24,587 nt of DNA from a virus. Taxonomy: Duplodnaviria; Caudoviricetes. Positions 1 to 4,980 of the stretch are shown here, one piece after another (the stretch's first letter is position 1; each line of letters begins with the position of its first letter). Position numbers and translations under genes: made by a program. The notes under the pieces were generated by a model. It was given only the letters and a program-made list of their open reading frames with translations. It made no database searches and was not told where the DNA came from. The stretch covers positions 1-24,587 of IMG/VR virus record IMGVR_UViG_3300028178_000019. One strand, given 5' to 3'.

Positions 1-978
1 ATCACAAGCTATAAGCGTTGCTTCTTTTTTGAGATCCCCTATACCAGGAATATTATCAATAGAAATTATAAGAGCTTTCTCAAACACTTCCTGAAACCTA
101 TTCATGTTCATTTGAATCTCAGGATCTCGCTCTTCCATCAGTCGAGCAAAAGCAGAATACCACCTAAAAGGAAATTGTTTAGATCTAAGAATCTGTTGTT
201 CATTCTCTAAGAGTGCTATCAATTTTTGAATATGTTCTTCGCTGATACCAGCTTTCAACATGTTTTTAATATTACGAAGAGCTGCCATATAAGGGATGCT
301 ATTGGTATCTAGTAGATTTTCCCATGCAGCTTTCTTAGCTACTAAGTCAGAACCAGCGGCTGATATATCTACTTCCCATGTGGTAATAGGATCTAAGGCA
401 TCCTCTAGTATTTGTTTGTATACAGAGCTTTCTTCTCCTGTTCTAGGTTTAGGGTGACATAAGCATAGGACATCCTTAAATGTAATCTTTTCTTTACTCT
501 GCTTATCATATTTTCTAAACTGATAACTATTAAATTTACTAAAAGATTCCGCTATACCTTTCTTTAAGGCATTAGGAATTTTTCTAATGTCATGGCCGCC
601 CTTACCTTTTATTCCCTGCCAAGCAGCTAATAGTTCTTTTATTTCATCTGCCCTAGATACAACCCGAGATACCATAGAGGCAGTAAGTTTATCATTAAGA
701 GCCAGCCCAACTAGCAACACTAGAGGTACCGACCTAAGATACATATCTTTGCGTAGGTAAACCGCTAAATTAGCCACGAACTGTGGATCACATTTAGGAA
801 TTAAATCTAAAATAGTAGCAATAGTCTGATCGGTTTTCTTATAGAAAGTGTCTTGCAGTAGGTTACAAGCTGTAACCGAGTAAAGCTGTTGCTCTGGATC
901 TAAGCCTATATACGCCACTGCTCCTTCTTCATTTACTGTTCTTCTTTGATTTTCAGCAACTTCATTAAACCGTGACAT
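1..978 (-). CDS. Ro60/TROVE domain RNA-binding protein (Rsr-like), 3' end truncated by window edge
   Basis: Not in the ORF track because it runs off the edge. Manual translation from ATG at 978 (RBS AAGGAG at 985-990) is open for 326 codons: MSRFNEVAENQRRTVNEEGAVAY...DPQFVANLAVYLRKDMYLRSVP...VSRADEIKELLA...LKKGIAESFSKFNSYQFRKY...KDVLCLCHPKP...TTWEVDIS...WENLL...PYMAALRNIKNM...SKQFPFRWYSA...TLIACD. These are typical TROVE blocks; the final D would begin the vWA MIDAS DxSxS motif. Confidence 0.93.
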   Translation of the reverse strand, partial: MSRFNEVAENQRRTVNEEGAVAYIGLDPEQQLYSVTACNLLQDTFYKKTDQTIATILDLIPKCDPQFVANLAVYLRKDMYLRSVPLVLLVGLALNDKLTASMVSRVVSRADEIKELLAAWQGIKGKGGHDIRKIPNALKKGIAESFSKFNSYQFRKYDKQSKEKITFKDVLCLCHPKPRTGEESSVYKQILEDALDPITTWEVDISAAGSDLVAKKAAWENLLDTNSIPYMAALRNIKNMLKAGISEEHIQKLIALLENEQQILRSKQFPFRWYSAFARLMEERDPEIQMNMNRFQEVFEKALIISIDNIPGIGDLKKEATLIACD

Positions 979-1006
979 TTTTAACTCCTTAAAATTTATA
1001 GAAAAA

Positions 1007-1118
1007 GCGCGGGGAAAGGGCTATAACGGGTTTACTGCAGGATTCCGACCTGCAATCCTAGATTGTAGTCTAGTGTGTTTAGCATTTCACGAAGTATCCG
1101 TTATATACGCCGCCGCAC
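1007..1118 (-). ncRNA. Y-RNA-like unit 6, with canonical-order degenerate tRNA body (D, anticodon, T arms)
   Basis: GUGCGG/CCGCGC outer stem, CGGCGUA, UAUAACGG/CCGUUAUA stem, AUACUUC; insert GUG-AAAUGCUAAA-CAC, CUAGA-CUACAA-UCUAG, UGCAGG-UCGGAAU-CCUGCA; immediately upstream of the Ro60 gene. Confidence 0.78.
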
Positions 1119-1134
1119 CACAAAAGCCAATGTA

Positions 1135-1261
1135 AAGCGCTAGGAAAAAGCTAGAAGAGATATTGCGTCTCACCTACCGACGCCCGCAACTTTCGTTGGG
1201 ATCGATTCGAACGATAACTTATTTTTAATAAGAAGTAACTCTCCTATACGCCGTAGCGCTT
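1135..1261 (-). ncRNA. Y-RNA-like unit 5, YrlA-like permuted tRNA mimic
   Basis: AAGCGCUA/UAGCGCUU outer stem, CGGCGUA, UAGGAGAG/CUCUUCUA, UUACUUC; T arm AUCG-UUCGAAU-CGAU, GAAA-capped acceptor-like stem, D-like arm GCGUC-GGUAGGUGA-GACGC. Confidence 0.82.
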
Positions 1262-1273
1262 AATTTAAAAAGT

Positions 1274-1399
1274 TTTGGCAGGAAAAAACGAAAAGAGGCT
1301 TTTTTGCCCATTTTTATTTTTATGAGGAAAAACACATTTCTGTGAGAAAACCTCTGGTGGACATGCTTTGAAAGTATCTCTTCTCTACGCCGTGCCAAA
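1274..1399 (-). ncRNA. Y-RNA-like unit 4, with non-tRNA nested hairpin insert
   Basis: UUUGGCA/UGCCAAA outer stem, CGGCGUA, GAGAAGAG/CUCUUUUC, AUACUUU; insert can fold UGUCCA/UGGGCA, GAGG/CCUC, CACA-GAAA-UGUG. Confidence 0.75.
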
Positions 1400-1410
1400 T
1401 AAGGTAAGTA

Positions 1411-1484
1411 ATAGCGAGGTAAAAATCGGTTAGGGAGTCGCCCAATAGTTTAGAAGAAGTAACCCTATCCTACGCCGTCGCTAT
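1411..1484 (-). ncRNA. Y-RNA-like unit 3, minimal (74 nt)
   Basis: AUAGCGA/UCGCUAU outer stem, CGGCGUA, GGAUAGGG/CCCUAACC, UUACUUC, 20-nt insert, GAUUUUUACC. Confidence 0.75.
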
Positions 1485-1494
1485 ATTTTATTTT

Positions 1495-1640
1495 TAAAAG
1501 AGGGAAAAATCGAAAAGAGAAATTTTCGTCGCCTAACCACTCGGCCACCCACTGTTTATTTAACTAAACAGCAGAGCGGGAGTTGAACCCGCGTATACGT
1601 CATTTACAGTGAAGTAACTCTTTTCTACGCCGCTCTTTTA
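1495..1640 (-). ncRNA. Y-RNA-like unit 2, circularly permuted tRNA-Tyr(GUA)-like insert
   Basis: UAAAAGAG/CUCUUUUA outer stem, CGGCGUA, GAAAAGAG/CUCUUUUC, UUACUUC; UCA-CUGUAAA-UGA hairpin, T arm GCGGG-UUCAACU-CCCGC, 11-bp loop-closed acceptor-like stem, UG then D arm GCC-GAGUGGUUA-GGC. Confidence 0.85.
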
Positions 1641-1652
1641 TTTTTTATTAGT

Positions 1653-1726
1653 TAAAGAGGGAAAAATCAAACAGAGCTGTTGGATCAATTTACAGTTGAA
1701 GTAACTCTGTTTTACGCCGCTCTTTA
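1653..1726 (-). ncRNA. Y-RNA-like unit 1, minimal (74 nt), with Tyr(GUA) anticodon-like hairpin
   Basis: UAAAGAG/CUCUUUA outer stem, CGGCGUA, AAACAGAG/CUCUGUUU, UUACUUC, UCAA-CUGUAAA-UUGA, GAUUUUUCC. Confidence 0.78.
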
Positions 1727-1755
1727 TATATCAAAGATCTCAAATTCTAAAAACA

Positions 1756-1784
1756 ATAATATCATACTTTTTAATGCTTGTCAA
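1756..1784 (-). promoter_or_regulatory. sigma70/sigmaA-type promoter for the Y-RNA array and Ro60 gene
   Basis: TTGACA (1784-1779), 17-bp spacer ending TGA, TATTAT (1761-1756); near-identical copies at 13453-13481 and 18614-18642. Confidence 0.8.
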
Positions 1785-1792
1785 GCTTTTTC

Positions 1793-1808
1793 TGCAATCA
1801 ATTGCAAA
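1793..1808. promoter_or_regulatory. Palindromic operator-like site TGCAAT-CA-ATTGCA, copy 1
   Basis: Inverted repeat just upstream of the -35; the same site recurs at 18659-18676 and inverted at 14546-14562. Confidence 0.6.
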
Positions 1809-2507
1809 TTATTTTTTAAACTCTGCTACGAAATCTTCAAATAGTGAAGGCGTAGTAGCATAAACAATATCTAGTAGCATAAAAGCCAACCTGCGAATTT
1901 CTTCTTCTGCTGCGGGATCTAATCGTAATCTAAAAAAATCTCTAAGAGCGCGCGCATTTATCCACCACTTTCTTGAAGTAGCAACACTCACAGGCATAAT
2001 TAAACGCGCATCTTGTTTCTTTGCCCCAGTGTCAATAAGAAATTTATATGCTCTATACGCGTTTTCACATGCGCCTGACATTAACTTATATGTAGCATCT
2101 ACCTCGTCTTCGTTTTTCATATAACTTAAAGTAGGGTATACAAACTTAGGTTGTTGTTGTGTATATCTACGAGACAAACTTATATGGCCCTGCCCTGTCC
2201 GATGTCGGGAAATTTGACTCCCCGCAGCTTTAGAAATACCATTAACCTCAAAAACATATTGAATAACCTCAAAAGGAGTATCATGTTTTAATTTTAATAA
2301 CTTCTTATTTAAAGCTATATATTTATCTATTGAACTTAATTTAGTATTATAGCTAGTAGTAGCTACTAGTGCGGGCATGGACTCTATGTTTCCTTTAGGA
2401 TCTTCCGGATCATATTCTCCTATAGGGGTGGTAATAGCTATAAGTTTAATTTCGAGCTCTTCATTCCCAAAATTATTCTGTCTTAAATTAAACCAAGGAT
2501 CCAACAT
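1809..2507 (-). CDS. thyX: Flavin-dependent thymidylate synthase ThyX
   Basis: H-x-TPFE, QISRHR-x7-SRRY ThyX motif, DARLIMP, INARALRDFFRLR, EEIRRLA. Start placed at ATG 2507 (TGATG overlap with the upstream stop, AGGAG RBS) rather than TTG 2531. Confidence 0.92.
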   Translation of the reverse strand: MLDPWFNLRQNNFGNEELEIKLIAITTPIGEYDPEDPKGNIESMPALVATTSYNTKLSSIDKYIALNKKLLKLKHDTPFEVIQYVFEVNGISKAAGSQISRHRTGQGHISLSRRYTQQQPKFVYPTLSYMKNEDEVDATYKLMSGACENAYRAYKFLIDTGAKKQDARLIMPVSVATSRKWWINARALRDFFRLRLDPAAEEEIRRLAFMLLDIVYATTPSLFEDFVAEFKK

Positions 2508-2749
2508 CACTTCGTTTCTCCTATAGGCCAATATCGCGCCTCTTCTCCCCCCGAGAAAATAATAGGTTCATCATACCAAAACATGTTTCCTTTTACAACA
2601 CCCTTTTTCACAATATAATTTTCGTTAGGATTATCCTTCTTAGGAATTTTACCACTATACACTTTATCTAAACAAGTGTGATGTTTATCACTAACATAAC
2701 AAAGCAGAGATGCTTTTTTCTCTTTTTCAAATTTAGGCTTTTTTGCCAT
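2507..2749 (-). CDS. Hypothetical protein, 80 aa
   Basis: ATG ORF abutting both neighbours in the operon; no recognised motif. Confidence 0.65.
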   Translation of the reverse strand: MAKKPKFEKEKKASLLCYVSDKHHTCLDKVYSGKIPKKDNPNENYIVKKGVVKGNMFWYDEPIIFSGGEEARYWPIGETK

Positions 2750-2962
2750 TTAAAACTCCTGAAAGAAAACGTCTGGATCTTTTGAATCTCCCACTATGCT
2801 AGACTCTACATCAACAGTGCCTGCAAGTCCAGAGTTTTTTAGCGCTATTTCAGCATTATTTTTATACTTATTAGCTGCATACAGACTTGTAAATATCCCC
2901 AGTATTCCACTTTTAACAGAGAATTCTGAGATTGCATAAGTCACAACATATAACACTTTCAA
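2750..2962 (-). CDS. Hypothetical protein, 70 aa
   Basis: Operonic ORF with 4-nt overlap upstream; KVLYVV...ILGIFTSLYAA resembles small phage proteins. Confidence 0.65.
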   Translation of the reverse strand: MKVLYVVTYAISEFSVKSGILGIFTSLYAANKYKNNAEIALKNSGLAGTVDVESSIVGDSKDPDVFFQEF

Positions 2963-3798
2963 CTTTCTATTACCTCTTTTTTATTTCTTTTTTGTCCCGG
3001 AGGAATTGTTAACATTTCCTCTATAGACCATCCTAAGCGTATTCTGCTAAAAAGAAGAGGAGGCTTTACTCCTATCTCTTCTGCCCATGCTGTTACACAT
3101 AAGGTTTTTCCTTTATATGTAATTAAACGATTAGATCTAGTATTCCTATTTTGTTCCTTATTAGTAGCCCACCTACAATTTTCTGGACAGTAGTTTCCAT
3201 TATTGTCTATCCGGTCTAAGGAATATCCTTCAAGGGGATCTCCCATATCCTCATAGAAATTTTCAAAGCCGCCTTCTCCAGACCACCTACTACAAACCGT
3301 AATACCTCTTTTGCCATAATCACTATAAGCATGGCTGGCTTCACTGTTGCATCTTTCTATCATACTCCTATATACACTATAAATCAAGCTATATGATTTT
3401 CCGTGAGAAGTTACACTTCTAATAAGTAATTCTCTACCGTAACAACCGCAAGACTGGCTATCCTTAGAACGCAAATCAGCTCCTCTAGCTACACCAGTAT
3501 TTCCGCAATCACATAAATAATCCCAATAAATATGCCCGCAGTTATCTGCCTTACTGCTTTTGGCTGTGATTAATAAACGCCCAAATCTTTTACCTGTATA
3601 ATCTTTTTCTTCAGGACAGCCACAAGTGGTTGTATGCTTCTGTTGTAAGTTGCTACCGTTAATTATTTTCTCGTTCCCGCAGTCACATTTACATAGCCAA
3701 TAAGGCTGGCCTCTTTTGTCACTATAGCTAAAACTTAAAACTACCAGCTTACCAAATCTTTGCCCTACTCTATCCTTTCTCCTTGGTTTATTATTCAT
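2959..3798 (-). CDS. HNH-type homing endonuclease-like protein with repeated Cys-rich N-terminal modules
   Basis: Two G.RFG.L...W...CDCGN...L....CGC repeats; MIERC...YGKRGITVCSRW...FENFYEDMG...SLDRIDNNGNYCPENCRWAT; C-terminal HTH-like tail. Confidence 0.85.
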   Translation of the reverse strand: MNNKPRRKDRVGQRFGKLVVLSFSYSDKRGQPYWLCKCDCGNEKIINGSNLQQKHTTTCGCPEEKDYTGKRFGRLLITAKSSKADNCGHIYWDYLCDCGNTGVARGADLRSKDSQSCGCYGRELLIRSVTSHGKSYSLIYSVYRSMIERCNSEASHAYSDYGKRGITVCSRWSGEGGFENFYEDMGDPLEGYSLDRIDNNGNYCPENCRWATNKEQNRNTRSNRLITYKGKTLCVTAWAEEIGVKPPLLFSRIRLGWSIEEMLTIPPGQKRNKKEVIES

Positions 3799-4486
3799 TT
3801 CCTTTTCCTAAAGTATGAAGCTTCGCTAACTCCTCAATTTCGCGCATAGATAGTCCTTTTTTAAGTCGGCGCTGAATAAAACTTCCGGATACCCCCCATT
3901 CTCTGCCCCACGCCGCCAATATCTTATCTTCTCCTTTATATATTATATGTATATTATCGGATCTGTTGGAATTTTGAGTTTCCAGGGACGCCCAGCGACA
4001 GTTCTCAGGGCTGTATCCTTTGGTGCCATCGATGCGATCCAGCTGATATCCCTCCGGAGCAGGGCCCATGTCAGCAAAAAAATTTTCAAATCCATGGTCC
4101 TTATCTAGCCACCGGTCGCATACCGTTATCCCCCTAGCCCCATACCTCTCGAATCCTCTGTGGGAGCTCTCTAAACAGCGCCTTTTCATTTCGGTCCAAA
4201 CACGTATGGGGTGCGTTCCACCTTTAAATATCCTACTAGTATGCCCATGCTTAGTTCTAGAGCATCCACAGCTCTTAGAGGCCCCGGATTTTAGTCTATA
4301 CGAAGGAATAGTGACTTCTTTTCCGCAGGCCCTACATAAACACACATAATGGATATGACGGCTTGTACCTTTTTTCTCACCTATTCCCAGGACTTCTAAA
4401 TCCCCAAAGACATCACCTGTCTTTATATCTCCCTCGGGGTCTTTACCTGCGAGCGCTCGCCTTATAGCTTTTGACAATACACTCAT
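3791..4486 (-). CDS. HNH-type homing endonuclease-like protein (paralog)
   Basis: CLCRACG...SCGC; MKRRC...YGARGITVCDRW...FENFFADMG...QLDRIDGTKGYSPENCRWAS. Confidence 0.85.
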   Translation of the reverse strand: MSVLSKAIRRALAGKDPEGDIKTGDVFGDLEVLGIGEKKGTSRHIHYVCLCRACGKEVTIPSYRLKSGASKSCGCSRTKHGHTSRIFKGGTHPIRVWTEMKRRCLESSHRGFERYGARGITVCDRWLDKDHGFENFFADMGPAPEGYQLDRIDGTKGYSPENCRWASLETQNSNRSDNIHIIYKGEDKILAAWGREWGVSGSFIQRRLKKGLSMREIEELAKLHTLGKGNE

Positions 4487-4487
4487 C

Positions 4488-4766
4488 CTATAAACCCGCC
4501 CTTAACATTTTAGTTTTTTCTTTCATCCATTTATTTTCTAATTGAGTAATTATGTCCTCTACCGGAACTTCCTGTCCTTTATACTGACTAAAGAAATTAC
4601 GCTGAATCCCAGTAATAAATGCAGCCTCTTTCATTCCCATTTTTCTACCTAAAATAGTAACCGGTATATGTTTAAGTCTGTTCTTAGGGTATTCTATTCC
4701 TCTATCTACGCCTGTGCGTAGATTTTCTAAAATAGAAGCCCATCTATCCTGCCTATTCACCAACAA
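4488..4766 (-). CDS. Hypothetical protein, possible HTH
   Basis: Operonic ORF; VTILGRKMGMKEAAFITGI resembles the C-terminal HTH-like tails of the adjacent HNH proteins. Confidence 0.55.
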   Translation of the reverse strand: MLVNRQDRWASILENLRTGVDRGIEYPKNRLKHIPVTILGRKMGMKEAAFITGIQRNFFSQYKGQEVPVEDIITQLENKWMKEKTKMLRAGL

Positions 4767-4965
4767 GGTAGGTCCCTCCTATTTTTTTACCTTCCACTTT
4801 CTTAGCTCTAAAATTGGAGCGAAAAAATTTATCTTTCATGAAATCTTCGATTAAAGTGCACTCTAATTTTAATTCTTCCATTAAGGAAGCGGGTAAGGTT
4901 TCTATTTTTTGTTTGAGATCCAAAATCCTACTTTTAATCTCCATTTTTTCCTGTGTAATTTCCAT
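4753..4965 (-). CDS. Hypothetical protein, 70 aa
   Basis: ATG with AAGGAG RBS right after the terminase stop. Confidence 0.65.
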   Translation of the reverse strand: MEITQEKMEIKSRILDLKQKIETLPASLMEELKLECTLIEDFMKDKFFRSNFRAKKVEGKKIGGTYLVGE

Positions 4966-4980
4966 AACTTTTCTCCTTAT

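Noticed and set aside
1007-1120. Plus-strand tRNA ending in ACCA at 1117-1120
   Set aside because: T and D loop motifs and G-U pairs read correctly only on the minus strand; no canonical plus-strand cloverleaf.
1367-1455. Suppressor-like loops UUUCAAA (unit 4) and UUCUAAA (unit 3) as a sign of stop-codon recoding
   Set aside because: No convincing closing stems, and TAG and TGA end genes normally in this densely packed standard-code window.
1495-1640. Functional tRNA-Tyr gene
   Set aside because: Arms are permuted, the acceptor stem is closed by a loop and there is no CCA end.
1007-1726. CRISPR array interpretation of the repeats
   Set aside because: Conserved parts flank each insert on both sides and covary as stems, unit lengths vary from 74 to 146 nt, inserts are structured and tRNA-like, and no cas operon is present.
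1793-1808. Palindrome as an intrinsic terminator for thyX
   Set aside because: Two-nt loop, AT-rich arms and an A-run rather than a U-run downstream on the transcribed strand; a DNA-binding site fits better.
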